A DNA stretch of 64,000 nucleotides, from assembly GCA_023957235.1 (NCBI GenBank), contig JAMLHI010000003.1, positions 279,371-343,370 of the forward strand, given 5' to 3'. The notes beneath the pieces are model-generated. The model saw only the letters and a list, made by a program, of their open reading frames with translations. It was not told where the DNA came from and searched no databases. This DNA is from Chitinophagales bacterium (GTDB taxonomy: Bacteria > Bacteroidota > Bacteroidia > Chitinophagales > JADIYW01). Position 1 is the stretch's first letter, and every line of letters begins with the position of its first letter. This document shows positions 39,709-49,939 of the stretch, in pieces. The translations under genes and the position numbers were made by a program.

Positions 39709-40629
39709 TTATACCCTTTGCGTTCTTTGTGTAACCTTTGAGTCTTCAATATCATTCAATATATTTCTAAACCTATACTCACCTATCGCCTTTAAAAGCG
39801 TAGTGTTTTCCGCTTTAGTATAGATTTGATAATGCGGTTTTAATTCTTCTGGCATTTTGATGGTTTTAATTTCTCCTTGATAAACTTCTGCAATTTTATT
39901 AGCTATGGATTCAAAAGACCTCGTAACACCTGTTCCTATATTAAAAGTTCCATGAGCTTCTTTAAGATACGCGTGATACATAATTTCAACAACATCTTCT
40001 ACAGAAATAAAATCCCTCAAATAGTCTCCGGAATCTTCAAAAAGCTTAATTACACCTGTTGTTTTGACTTGCTGAATAAACTTAAAATAAGGACTGGCTT
40101 GCTGTCCTTTATGTTGCTCGTTTTTTCCATAAACATTGAATAAACGTAGGACACATACTCTAAAATCAGAGGAGGTGTTTAGCTTTTGAATATATTGCTC
40201 AATCACCGATTTGCTATAAGTATATTGAGAGAAAAATTGATGCGTACACGAAAGATTCGACTGCAATAGATGGCCATATAAAGATGCGGATGAAGTAAAT
40301 ATAAATGGCACTTCATTTTTGTACGCAAAGTCTATCAATTGACGACTTAGATAGATGTTATATAAATTGATTTTGTCCCAGTTTTTTTCAGTAGTAGATG
40401 ATATAGCACCCACATGAAAAACACAATCGATTTGTTCAAAAAGTTCTAAATGATTGTAAAAACTCTCTAGATTAAAATATTTCAGCCTATTTGTATCTTT
40501 AATATACAGTGGATTATGCGTATCATGACAATCAACCCCAATGATTTCATCTTCCGTATGACTCAACAAATAATTGGCTAAGTGACTCCCTATAAATCCA
40601 TTGATGCCGGTAATAATTAATTTAGCCAC
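39709..40629 (-). CDS. ADP-L-glycero-D-manno-heptose-6-epimerase-like SDR (HldD/RfaD-like)
   Basis: LIITGINGFIGSHL, FHVGAISSTTEKNWD, FTSSASLYG, YTYSK, FNVYGKNEQHKGQQAS and RDFISVEDV are collinear with RfaD as recalled. Confidence 0.65.
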   Translation of the reverse strand: MAKLIITGINGFIGSHLANYLLSHTEDEIIGVDCHDTHNPLYIKDTNRLKYFNLESFYNHLELFEQIDCVFHVGAISSTTEKNWDKINLYNIYLSRQLIDFAYKNEVPFIFTSSASLYGHLLQSNLSCTHQFFSQYTYSKSVIEQYIQKLNTSSDFRVCVLRLFNVYGKNEQHKGQQASPYFKFIQQVKTTGVIKLFEDSGDYLRDFISVEDVVEIMYHAYLKEAHGTFNIGTGVTRSFESIANKIAEVYQGEIKTIKMPEELKPHYQIYTKAENTTLLKAIGEYRFRNILNDIEDSKVTQRTQRV

Positions 40630-40690
40630 AGGATAAAAATAATAAAGATTTTATGTTATTTTATGTTCTATCAGAAAAACATCTTGTTGG

Positions 40691-42379
40691 ATGAGAAATT
40701 ATCGATTCAATTCTCAAAAAAGAAAAACACTTATCACGCATATTGTCTTGATGGTTGTTTATGCTACTACGGTTTACCTGACCTCCGGTGTTGTGCTGGA
40801 GGCTGTTACCCAAAAGGTGGCATATTTTATGTCTACAAGTTTTTTCCCTGAACCTTTTATACAATTTGGATTGAAAGATTATATAGGCGTAAATTATATT
40901 TATAAGTTTCTATTTTCCATTGCTCCTCATATTAATTGGTATCCCTTATCATTCTTTGTGTTGCAATTGATCCTGGGTATTTCTATTGTATATATCCTAA
41001 TTTTTAAATTTTATCTACCACAAAAGACTGCTCTCACCATTCAAGTATTAACATCTTCTTCTATACTCACCATGCTTTTTATACAACAGATATTTTTAGA
41101 GCATAATAGTACCAGCCTGTTGTATGGCGCGGTGGGAGTATGGCTTCTGATATTATACCAAGCTCGAACACTGCAATATATAATAGGTTGTTTATTTTTG
41201 ATAATATCTGTAGCATATAGGCCAGAAGCCACTACAGGAGTTTTACTGCTTTTTGTTCCGATTTTAATTTTATTTCGACTCAAAACTATCAAGCTAGATT
41301 TAATTCATTTATCGCCAGTATTTTTACTTCTTTTTTCCTATTATCTTCTTTTTATTTACAAAACATCCTTTTCAGATGAGATGTACTATCAGCTGGAGCC
41401 AGACTTTGAATATGAGATTATGGACAGAAGAAATGTAGTCCCAATTTCAGCAATGACCAGTCAAAATGATGCTATCAAATATGAAATGGTCAACGCTTGG
41501 CTACTTTGTGATCCGGATACACTGGATGCAAAATTTATACGTTCTATAATCAACAAAGAAAACGTCAATGCGAAATACAACATAGCTTCTATTTTTAGTA
41601 ACACTAAAAACATACGTCAAAATCTCAAAAAGGTTTTTAGTTCTATAGAGTTTATTTCTCTTTTATTTATAATGTTGACCTTATTGGTAGCAATAGAGAA
41701 TAAATGGAGAGGCATCATTAAAAGCCTCATTTATCTATCCTTTATTTTAGCTATCATCATTTTTAATATAGCATCTATAGACACTCAGCTCGACCGTTTA
41801 TTTTTTCAAACAATTATAACTATTGCCTCCATCAACTTAGCTTTTTCTATTTTCACAACCAATAAGAAAGTACGTCTAAATATACTCCACAGCCTCCTTA
41901 TATTTTCATTACCTATCACTCTATATCTTAAGTCGCCTTTCATCATCAATAAAATAAAACAGAATAATGAAAATATCTATGAGCATCTAAATGATATCAA
42001 TGTAATTAATTCATTTTCAGAAAACATCGTCGTCTATATGGGATCACACGATATTTTTAATTGTCATACTTCTATCCTAAACATCCATCCTATCTTTAAT
42101 TCTAAAAAAGTAATTGATTTTAGAATGGCACAATATTATGACACACAAAACCATAGGAATATTCTTAGCAGTATTGTGGGCATACAAAATCCGAGTTATA
42201 TAGATATTCTAAATTTTATTGATGAAAATCGAGATCATATTATGGTCATTGGTAGTCCTGATATAATGAAAGTTTGGACAGGTTACAACCAATTTATTTA
42301 TCAAAAGGATTTCGAATATGAACAAATAAATCATCAATTACTTTCTGATGGTGAGAATATTTACAACTTAAAAAAATAG
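40691..42379 (+). CDS. Polytopic membrane protein, paralogue A
   Basis: Shares AYRPEATTG (R-P-E) and the YYQLEPDFEYEIMDRRNVVP...AIKYEMVNAW block with paralogues B and C. Confidence 0.75.
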   Translation: MRNYRFNSQKRKTLITHIVLMVVYATTVYLTSGVVLEAVTQKVAYFMSTSFFPEPFIQFGLKDYIGVNYIYKFLFSIAPHINWYPLSFFVLQLILGISIVYILIFKFYLPQKTALTIQVLTSSSILTMLFIQQIFLEHNSTSLLYGAVGVWLLILYQARTLQYIIGCLFLIISVAYRPEATTGVLLLFVPILILFRLKTIKLDLIHLSPVFLLLFSYYLLFIYKTSFSDEMYYQLEPDFEYEIMDRRNVVPISAMTSQNDAIKYEMVNAWLLCDPDTLDAKFIRSIINKENVNAKYNIASIFSNTKNIRQNLKKVFSSIEFISLLFIMLTLLVAIENKWRGIIKSLIYLSFILAIIIFNIASIDTQLDRLFFQTIITIASINLAFSIFTTNKKVRLNILHSLLIFSLPITLYLKSPFIINKIKQNNENIYEHLNDINVINSFSENIVVYMGSHDIFNCHTSILNIHPIFNSKKVIDFRMAQYYDTQNHRNILSSIVGIQNPSYIDILNFIDENRDHIMVIGSPDIMKVWTGYNQFIYQKDFEYEQINHQLLSDGENIYNLKK

Positions 42380-42504
42380 TCTTAAATATTATAGAGTCTA
42401 AACATTTTGATTAAATTCGTTTAGTTAAATAAACCTTTATCATTAATAATACTCAATATATAAACGTTACAAAAAAATCTCAAATTGAAAAACCTATTTT
42501 CTTT

Positions 42505-43233
42505 TTGAATGAGGAAGATGTTTATACCGGTAATTCAAAATATTTTTTTACAAAAGATGACATTGAAGGAGTTGATATTTTAGAACAAGAATGGAGAACT
42601 ATCTTTGAAGAGTTTTCCAATGTATTTGAAGATGAAGGCACGCTTAATTGTGCAAGTCCTAACCCTCCTTACTTGTCTGCACCTAATGTTTGGAAAAATG
42701 TCTATTTTTATAATTTTATGTGGAAATATCACAAAAACGTTCAACAATATCCTAAAACCTATAAAATTCTAAAAAAGATTTCTTTTTTAACTTTTGCTGA
42801 GGTGACAATTTTAGAACCCAATAGTGATATTCTTCCTCATATTGGTGAGACAAACACCACGATAAGAGGACATTTAGGTTTGTCTATCCCGGGAAAATTA
42901 CCCGAAGCTGGAATTGAAGTCAATGGAGAAGCTCGAAGTTGGGAAGATGGAAAAGTGATATTATTCAGTGATGCACACAGACATAGAGTATGGAATCACA
43001 CTTCTAATAGGCGTATGGTATTGGTTTTTGATATTATTAAAAAAGAATATCAGAACAAAGCATTGTGGTATTGCGCACAGTCCTTATCTACCCTAGTTGT
43101 CAAAGGTATAGACAGTCGAATTCCTATTATTAAAAAGCTGCCCAAGTTGATGCAATGGGGTTTCCATTATTTCTTTTCTGCCTGTTGGTATATTTATTTA
43201 CCCTTACAAAGAAGAGTCACATGGCTACCGTGA
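42505..43233 (+). CDS. AspH/LpxO-family Fe(II)/2OG oxygenase #2
   Basis: PHIGETNTTIRGHLGLSIP, SDAHRHRVWNHT and the C-terminal YLPLQRRVTWLP. TTG start. Confidence 0.8.
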   Translation: MNEEDVYTGNSKYFFTKDDIEGVDILEQEWRTIFEEFSNVFEDEGTLNCASPNPPYLSAPNVWKNVYFYNFMWKYHKNVQQYPKTYKILKKISFLTFAEVTILEPNSDILPHIGETNTTIRGHLGLSIPGKLPEAGIEVNGEARSWEDGKVILFSDAHRHRVWNHTSNRRMVLVFDIIKKEYQNKALWYCAQSLSTLVVKGIDSRIPIIKKLPKLMQWGFHYFFSACWYIYLPLQRRVTWLP

Positions 43234-43277
43234 GTAGAACATTACAATGGTATCATTAAATTCTAAAATATAAAAAT

Positions 43278-44306
43278 TTGGCAGCAAGGTTTTTCGCTTT
43301 TCTTTTATATAAATTAATGGACTGGGGACTTGTACTGAAAAGACGACCAAGAGAAATACAGCTATATAAAAAAAAGCACCTCTTCAATAGCTTTGTCAAC
43401 AATTTCGCCTATTGGTTAATGATATATGATCAACACAGAAACCAAGCTTTTGATAAAGCTTTTCAAGAACATATTAAATCTGATACAGAAGCCTTAGAGA
43501 TAGGAACTGGACATCAGGCTTTTTTAACAAGAATGGCTGCAAATCATCAACCATTTTCTATCACAAGTATTGAAGAAAATAAAGATGCTTTTTTACAATC
43601 ATTAAAAATGATATGTAAAAATAATTACAACAATATACGACTATTGAATGAGCATTCAACTCAATTCAAATCAAATAAAAAGTTTAATTTACTATTCCAT
43701 GAAATCATAGGATCCATAGCTAGCTCTGAGGGTGTCGTACACTCTATTAGAAAAATAAAACAAGAGTATCTAGCTAAAGATTGTGTGTTTATACCTCAAA
43801 GTGTTTCTACTTATTTCGCTCCGGTCAGTACACTTAAGTTATCTGGCATATCCAAAGTTCTTGATTATCTAATCTCAAAAAATGACTTAGGCATAGGTTA
43901 TCATCGCGTCTATAATTTTCCTTCTCACTTAAAAATGGCGAAAGAACAAATTTTTGAAAACTTAGATTTTGATAAGGATATTGATGATATACAAAAAGAC
44001 AAACTACGATTTATTATTGAAAAAGCTGGCTGGTGGGATGGATTTATATTTTTTATAGATATAAATTTTGGCAACAACAATTCTGTCAACTCTCTGAATC
44101 AACATACTAATTGGTCTGTACCTTACATAAAGCTATTAGATGAACCTATCTATATGGAAAAGGATGAAATTTTGGATATAGTTATCTTTAAAGATTTAAG
44201 TAGTCTAAATGTTTACTATGATTTACAAGTTAACATTGAGAAGGTCAATAAAAACATTAGGTTTCAATGGGCTAGTACAAGTAGGTGGGCTATAGATATA
44301 GAATAA
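43278..44306 (+). CDS. PRMT-like (protein arginine methyltransferase fold) class I SAM methyltransferase
   Basis: Collinear with the PRMT1 core as recalled:
- MIYDQHRNQAFDKAF matches ML.D..R...Y..A.
- Motif I: ALEIGTG.
- Double-E loop: HEIIGSIASSEG (E-x8-E).
- IPQSVSTYFAPVS.
- THW-loop-like TNWSVPY. Confidence 0.6.
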   Translation: MAARFFAFLLYKLMDWGLVLKRRPREIQLYKKKHLFNSFVNNFAYWLMIYDQHRNQAFDKAFQEHIKSDTEALEIGTGHQAFLTRMAANHQPFSITSIEENKDAFLQSLKMICKNNYNNIRLLNEHSTQFKSNKKFNLLFHEIIGSIASSEGVVHSIRKIKQEYLAKDCVFIPQSVSTYFAPVSTLKLSGISKVLDYLISKNDLGIGYHRVYNFPSHLKMAKEQIFENLDFDKDIDDIQKDKLRFIIEKAGWWDGFIFFIDINFGNNNSVNSLNQHTNWSVPYIKLLDEPIYMEKDEILDIVIFKDLSSLNVYYDLQVNIEKVNKNIRFQWASTSRWAIDIE

Positions 44307-44309
44307 ATC

Positions 44310-45269
44310 CTATTGCTTTAGAAGTCTTTTCCACCATGTTTTTTTCTCAATTTCTTGATTTTTTTGTTCATCACTAAAATCATACTGATTTCTTTGTGCT
44401 CCTATGTTTTTTAACTCTTGTTCCAGTTCTTGATGAGTGTATGTGGGATACAAATAGATTTCTCTTTTTATCTCTAGCTCAGGCAACTCTAATCCTTTTT
44501 TAAAGTATTTATTGATAATAACTTCATTTCTATTATGAGCAAAAAAAGATGAATTCACTTTATACTGTATCATTTCTACTTTATTAGGTGTAGAGTCTGG
44601 ATGCATATAATAATGATATAGATCGCTGTCTTTATGATAAAGCGCAAACCTCAATAATGGACGATCGCTATCGCTTATGTTATCATAGGAGCCATGAATT
44701 ATATTATTAAAAAATACAATTGCTTGTCCAGCCTTCATTTCTTCAAAAGTCATATATTCAAAAACAAGTTGTTCATGCTCTAATAATGGAATAGGAGCAT
44801 AGGGAGCAGGTGAAGGTGGCGGTGTTAAATCTTTCATTTTATGGCTACACGGAACTAGTCCTAGTGCACCGTTTTCAAAACGAATATCACCCAAAGCAAT
44901 AAAAAGTGATAATGAAGGTGTATCTAAAGACTCTCTATCAGTAAAAAGCCAATCCTGATGCCCTGGAATATTACTTTTGCCTGGTTTTTTAACTAGAAAC
45001 TCAACAAATAAAGTTCTTAACTCTGGGCAATGTCTTGAAAGAGATGGAGATACAATTTTATTTAGAATATTATACAAAGCATCAAAATCATTGCCTGTTA
45101 GAGTTTCTACCTTTTCTGTATCATTATAGGTGTTTTCATCAGTAATTTTCCACATAGAATAGACTTTCAAAATTTCATCTATTTTCTCTTTTTTAAGAAA
45201 ATCAAATTTTATATACCCTTGCTCTTTGAGTTTACTATCTAAATCTTTATCTAAAAAAAGATAATTCAT
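44310..45269 (-). CDS. Phytanoyl-CoA dioxygenase (PhyH) family Fe(II)/2OG oxygenase #1
   Basis: GHQDWLF (HxD), FIALGDIRFENGALGLVPCSH and IIHGSYDN. Confidence 0.85.
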   Translation of the reverse strand: MNYLFLDKDLDSKLKEQGYIKFDFLKKEKIDEILKVYSMWKITDENTYNDTEKVETLTGNDFDALYNILNKIVSPSLSRHCPELRTLFVEFLVKKPGKSNIPGHQDWLFTDRESLDTPSLSLFIALGDIRFENGALGLVPCSHKMKDLTPPPSPAPYAPIPLLEHEQLVFEYMTFEEMKAGQAIVFFNNIIHGSYDNISDSDRPLLRFALYHKDSDLYHYYMHPDSTPNKVEMIQYKVNSSFFAHNRNEVIINKYFKKGLELPELEIKREIYLYPTYTHQELEQELKNIGAQRNQYDFSDEQKNQEIEKKTWWKRLLKQ

Positions 45270-45375
45270 GTTTTTATTTGTGTAAATTTAAGACTTATAA
45301 TATATTAATCAATCAAATTACTGACTCATTTTAATTATTATATAACAAATGTAATTTTTACATTGAGCATAAATT

Positions 45376-46194
45376 ATGATTAGCTACAGAATTATCAACT
45401 CAAATAAAGAGACTTTTAGAGATTATCTTAAAAGGATCATTCAAAATAGAGTATTGATCTATCCTATTATTTTAAAAGATACCAAACTCAAGTATCATCA
45501 GACATTTTTGGGTGGATTGTGGACTATTTTATATCCTTTCTTATCTGTAGTCTTATATGTTATTTTTTTTGGCTATATTTTTAAAATCCCACTAGAACAT
45601 GGTAATTATTTATCTTTTGTTCTTACTGGCTACGCTTGCTGGAATATCTTTAGCAATGTCAGTTTCCAATCAGGAAATGCTTTAATCCAAAATCAGGAAT
45701 TAATCAGAAAGTTATCTATTCCTAAAATTATATTTCCTATTTGCAAATCTATCACTGTATGGTATGAAAATATAGTACTTTTATTAGTTGCATTTACAGT
45801 TCTCTTTTTTAATGAGAACAAAGACTACTCACGACTGATATGGCTTCCAGTGGTCTTGATCGGTTTGTTTGTTTTTTCTATAGCTTTAGGGACTTTTATT
45901 TCTGCTCTTACAATTTACAAAAAAGACCTAAATCATGGAATCCCTATCATTATGCAAGCTTTGATATGGTTTACCCCTGTTTTTTATCCAATTAGTATTT
46001 TACCCGACTTTCTAAAGAAGTTCATTTTTTTAAATCCCTTCGCTAGTTTTATCGAACTATTTAGATGGACTCTTGGCGTATCAGATAAAGTGTCACCCCA
46101 TTATTTTATAGGATTGATTATTGCATTTATCTTTACTATATTTTCATTCATCTTCTTTAAAAAGCGAGAAGATATAATAATAGATTATCTTTAA
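45376..46194 (+). CDS. ABC-2 type polysaccharide/teichoic-acid exporter permease (Wzm/TagG/KpsM-like)
   Basis: KDTKLKYHQTFLGGLWTILYPFL signature region and 6 TM segments. Confidence 0.8.
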   Translation: MISYRIINSNKETFRDYLKRIIQNRVLIYPIILKDTKLKYHQTFLGGLWTILYPFLSVVLYVIFFGYIFKIPLEHGNYLSFVLTGYACWNIFSNVSFQSGNALIQNQELIRKLSIPKIIFPICKSITVWYENIVLLLVAFTVLFFNENKDYSRLIWLPVVLIGLFVFSIALGTFISALTIYKKDLNHGIPIIMQALIWFTPVFYPISILPDFLKKFIFLNPFASFIELFRWTLGVSDKVSPHYFIGLIIAFIFTIFSFIFFKKREDIIIDYL

Positions 46195-46196
46195 TC

Positions 46197-47402
46197 TTGT
46201 CTTTTATAGAAATGCCAGATAGCAAAGAACCATATATAGAGTGTAGTAATATAAGCAAACACTATTCTATTCAGCTCAATTTAAAAGAGTCTTTCAAGTC
46301 CATTATTTCAAATAAAAGATATACGAAAGAAGGATATTATGCATTAAAAGATATTAGTTTTAAGCTTCATCGTGGAGACAGATTGGGTATTATCGGTGCA
46401 AACGGTGCGGGAAAATCTACTCTTCTTAAAATTATAAGTGGTGTCATCAAACCATCATCAGGTAGCATTCGATTGCAAGGTGAATCTACTGCCATTTTAG
46501 AAGCTCAAAATATCCTTTATGAAGATTTAAGCGGAAGAGATAATATCAAAATAGTTACACAACTCATAGGGATATCCAATAAAATAAATGATGATGAACT
46601 TAATTTTATTCAAGAGTTTAGTGAGTTAGGACCTTATATTGACCAACCAATAAAATATTATTCCTCTGGAATGAAACTGAGGTTAACTATGGCTATCTAT
46701 CAGTTTATCCAGCCCGACATTCTCTTAATGGATGAAGTAATGGCTGTGGGAGATGTCTCTTTTAGAAATAAACTTATAGCTTCTTTTAATGATAGCTTTT
46801 CTAAAATCCCTGTTATTATAATGGTAAGTCATGAAGTAAATGATATTGTAAACTTGTGTAATAAATGCCTTTATCTAAAAGATGGGGAAATGGTGTTTCT
46901 AGGTGATGTAAGCGATGTATATAAAAAATACAGCATTGAGCATTTAGAAAAGAAATCAAAGCAAAGTATCAAAAATGGTTTGAAAATAATTAGTCATAAT
47001 CAACATCAAATTAAAAAACATTCAGAGAAAATTTTGTTTTCTTTTACTTTAGAGATTAGTGAGCCACTCAATTGTTCTATTGTCTTTTATTTGAATGATA
47101 CGAGAGGACCAGTTTTATTTGATTCTTTACTTTTTAGAGAAAAAAATGAATATCAATTTGCACAAGGAGTGCATGAAGTACAAATCTCTATACATTCTTA
47201 TCTTTTGAATAAAGGAACTTATTTTGCAAAATGTATATTTGCAAATCCTCAAGATGATAACCATATTGAACAAGAAATTAATTTAGGAGAAGTGAAAGTC
47301 ATATCAGACGATTGGGAAAAGGATGAAAAGTGGAATATTCATCCTAAATATCCCCTAAGACCACAATTAGAATGGAAAATTGAATCCATAAAACAACAAT
47401 GA
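46197..47402 (+). CDS. ABC exporter ATPase (Wzt/TagH-like) with C-terminal beta-sandwich-like extension
   Basis: Walker A is GANGAGKST, the signature is YSSGMKLRL, and Walker B is LLMDEVMAVGD. A ~150-aa C-terminal domain carries LLNKGTYFAKCIF (Wzt_C-like). The start is a TTG at 46197 or the ATG at 46209. Confidence 0.8.
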   Translation: MSFIEMPDSKEPYIECSNISKHYSIQLNLKESFKSIISNKRYTKEGYYALKDISFKLHRGDRLGIIGANGAGKSTLLKIISGVIKPSSGSIRLQGESTAILEAQNILYEDLSGRDNIKIVTQLIGISNKINDDELNFIQEFSELGPYIDQPIKYYSSGMKLRLTMAIYQFIQPDILLMDEVMAVGDVSFRNKLIASFNDSFSKIPVIIMVSHEVNDIVNLCNKCLYLKDGEMVFLGDVSDVYKKYSIEHLEKKSKQSIKNGLKIISHNQHQIKKHSEKILFSFTLEISEPLNCSIVFYLNDTRGPVLFDSLLFREKNEYQFAQGVHEVQISIHSYLLNKGTYFAKCIFANPQDDNHIEQEINLGEVKVISDDWEKDEKWNIHPKYPLRPQLEWKIESIKQQ

Positions 47403-48817
47403 GTATAAACAAATCCATAAAAGTTTTATTTGTAAATCTACCTTTCCCAGCTAGATTCACACGCAGATATATGTGTACCTATACTTCAGCGACAAGTTTA
47501 TTTCCTCCATACGAATTGATGGCTGCTGCTGGTCAAGTTAGAAATATTGAAAACACAGAAATAGAATTTATTGATTGTATTGCAGATGAAATAGATGAAC
47601 TGCAGCTATCTAAACTCATTGCTAAGTTTCAGCCTGATATAATGCTTTCATTAGTGGGAATGGATTCTTTTGAGAAAGATATTTCTTGTATCAACTATCT
47701 AAAATCGAATTTCCCATATATACAGCAAGTCATTTTTGGACATTATCCGACTACTTTTCCTAAAGAAATTATAAAAAAAAGTAAAGTTGATATAGTTATA
47801 ATGGGTGAACCAGACATCACTATTTGCGATATTGTAAATTCATTTAAGTCAAAGGATTATACTAACGTTCAAGGAATTACCTATAAAAGAGGAAATGAGA
47901 TATATGTTCAGCAACAAAAAAGAATAATTGATATTAATCACTTAGCTCTTCCTACACACGATTTGATTGATGCAACAAAATACTTTGAACCATTTATGCC
48001 TGCACCATTTGGTATGATTCAAACATCAAGGGGCTGTCCTTTTAAATGTAATTTTTGTGTAACTACCTATGGGTCTAAATATACAGTGAAGTCACCCATT
48101 AAAATTATTGATGAACTGAAATGGATGATTGATTTGCATCAAATTAAATCTTTCAGAATTATTGACGACACATTTACTATCCAAAAAAAAAAGGTATTGG
48201 ATTTCTGCGATTTAATGATACAGAATAATTTAAATCTAAAATGGACTTGTCTTAGTAGAGTAGATACTGTAACAAAAGAGATGCTTATAAAAATGAAAGA
48301 AGCAGGATGTCAGCGTATCTATTTTGGCATTGAGTCTGGCAGCCAAGAAGTACTAGATTACTACAGAAAAGATATTAATAGAGATAAAATAAAAGAGGCT
48401 ATTCAGTTGTGTGAAAATATTGGCATAGACACAGTAGGGCTTTTTATGACTGGACTTCCAACAGAAACCGAAAAGGATTTTCAAGAGACACTTTTTTTAG
48501 CCAAACAGCTTCCTTTAACTTTTGCAGGAGTAGGTGAACTAACTCCTTATCCAGGTACAGATTTATATGAAAAGGTGAAAGAATTTATTGATTTTAGCCT
48601 TTTTCCTTATAGACTAAAGTTTAAAGAAGAGAAAATTAGTTCCGTTTCAATCAAAAGGAGAAACATATTTCATCGGAGTTTTTATTTTAGATTGAATACT
48701 TTATTTAAAATTATCAAAACAGCATTAAAAAATCCGAGTACTATTTTACCTCTAATAAGAAATACATATTCTAGTAGAAAATATAGTACAGTTTTATATC
48801 CTTTCTTACATGAATAA
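47399..48817 (+). CDS. B12-binding-domain radical SAM enzyme #2
   Basis: TSRGCPFKCNFCVT and an N-terminal B12-like domain. An ATGA overlap joins it to the Wzt-like gene. Confidence 0.85.
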   Translation: MSINKSIKVLFVNLPFPARFTRRYMCTYTSATSLFPPYELMAAAGQVRNIENTEIEFIDCIADEIDELQLSKLIAKFQPDIMLSLVGMDSFEKDISCINYLKSNFPYIQQVIFGHYPTTFPKEIIKKSKVDIVIMGEPDITICDIVNSFKSKDYTNVQGITYKRGNEIYVQQQKRIIDINHLALPTHDLIDATKYFEPFMPAPFGMIQTSRGCPFKCNFCVTTYGSKYTVKSPIKIIDELKWMIDLHQIKSFRIIDDTFTIQKKKVLDFCDLMIQNNLNLKWTCLSRVDTVTKEMLIKMKEAGCQRIYFGIESGSQEVLDYYRKDINRDKIKEAIQLCENIGIDTVGLFMTGLPTETEKDFQETLFLAKQLPLTFAGVGELTPYPGTDLYEKVKEFIDFSLFPYRLKFKEEKISSVSIKRRNIFHRSFYFRLNTLFKIIKTALKNPSTILPLIRNTYSSRKYSTVLYPFLHE

Positions 48818-48823
48818 ATAGTC

Positions 48824-49939
48824 ATGAAGTATTTAAGCAAATGTTTGTATATTATTTTTATTATAATCTTATTAGAAATATTAGGATGGGGATTGCTAAG
48901 ATTATACTCGACTAATTCTGATTTTATCTCCAATCAGAATTATAATAAAATAAGAGCTATGCTCATAGCAAATAACAATGAGCAAACAGTGTCAAAATAT
49001 ATTCAAGTACCTTACCTAACATATATTCCAAATCCATTATACACAAAAGAAGGATATACCCAGCATAACATCTCTGGTTATAGAGGTACCGAAATCCCAT
49101 TAAAGAAATCTAATAAGTTTCGTATCCTATGCCTTGGAGGCTCTACAACTTATGGGACAGGTGTCGATAACCCTTCAGACTCTTATCCTGCTCAATTAGA
49201 AAAGATATTAAATAAATCTCTTTTACAAGAGACAGAGGTTATTAATGCTGGACTGGAAGCCGGGACTTCAGCTGAAGAATTAGTGCATTATCTTTTAAAG
49301 TTTAGATATTATCATCCCGACCTAGTAATTATTCATAGTGGAGGGAATGATGCTATGATTGTTGATGATTCAACAGATTTTCAATTAGATTATACTCATT
49401 ATAGAAAGCTAAAATTCTCTTTAGAACCTGCATCCCAATTAATTAGATGCTTATTACATTCAAGATTACTAAGCTTCCTACTTATTCGCACAATCTATAG
49501 TCCATTACTGAATAACAGTGGAGATATGTTTTCCGAGGGCGCTATAAGTTCCAGAAAAATTGCCCATTGGACGAATGCAGAAGTAGTTAAAAGAAGCTCA
49601 GATTATACTTTCAATCCTTTTTATCAAAATCACACAGCTTTAATTAAAAATATTCAATTGGAAGGTACTAAAGTTATAGATTTGACTTTCGGGTTCGATA
49701 CAAGTTTTTATTTAAAAAACAATATGAAAAGGATTATGGAAAACGTTATTTCAAATAATTCAACAATTGAAAAATGTAGTAAAGAATTAGAGATAAATTT
49801 GATTAAATATTCTTACTCTGATATCTCAGAAAAATATTTTTGGTTAGATGATTGCCATATAACAAAAGAAGGAGAAAAAGAAAAGGCCCAATTAATAGCA
49901 GATTTTATTATTGAAAATAATTTAATAGAAAGTGAATAA
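48824..49939 (+). CDS. Membrane-anchored SGNH hydrolase-type protein
   Basis: N-terminal TM. Block I is ILCLGGSTTYGTG, followed by NAGLEAG and HSGGNDA, and block V is DDCHITKEG (DxxH). Confidence 0.75.
   Translation: MKYLSKCLYIIFIIILLEILGWGLLRLYSTNSDFISNQNYNKIRAMLIANNNEQTVSKYIQVPYLTYIPNPLYTKEGYTQHNISGYRGTEIPLKKSNKFRILCLGGSTTYGTGVDNPSDSYPAQLEKILNKSLLQETEVINAGLEAGTSAEELVHYLLKFRYYHPDLVIIHSGGNDAMIVDDSTDFQLDYTHYRKLKFSLEPASQLIRCLLHSRLLSFLLIRTIYSPLLNNSGDMFSEGAISSRKIAHWTNAEVVKRSSDYTFNPFYQNHTALIKNIQLEGTKVIDLTFGFDTSFYLKNNMKRIMENVISNNSTIEKCSKELEINLIKYSYSDISEKYFWLDDCHITKEGEKEKAQLIADFIIENNLIESE

Noticed and set aside
48183-48192. A10 run inside rSAM#2 as a possible phase-variation tract.
   Set aside because: Poly-A/T runs of this size are frequent throughout this AT-rich window, both coding and non-coding, so it is not distinctive the way the G8 tract is.
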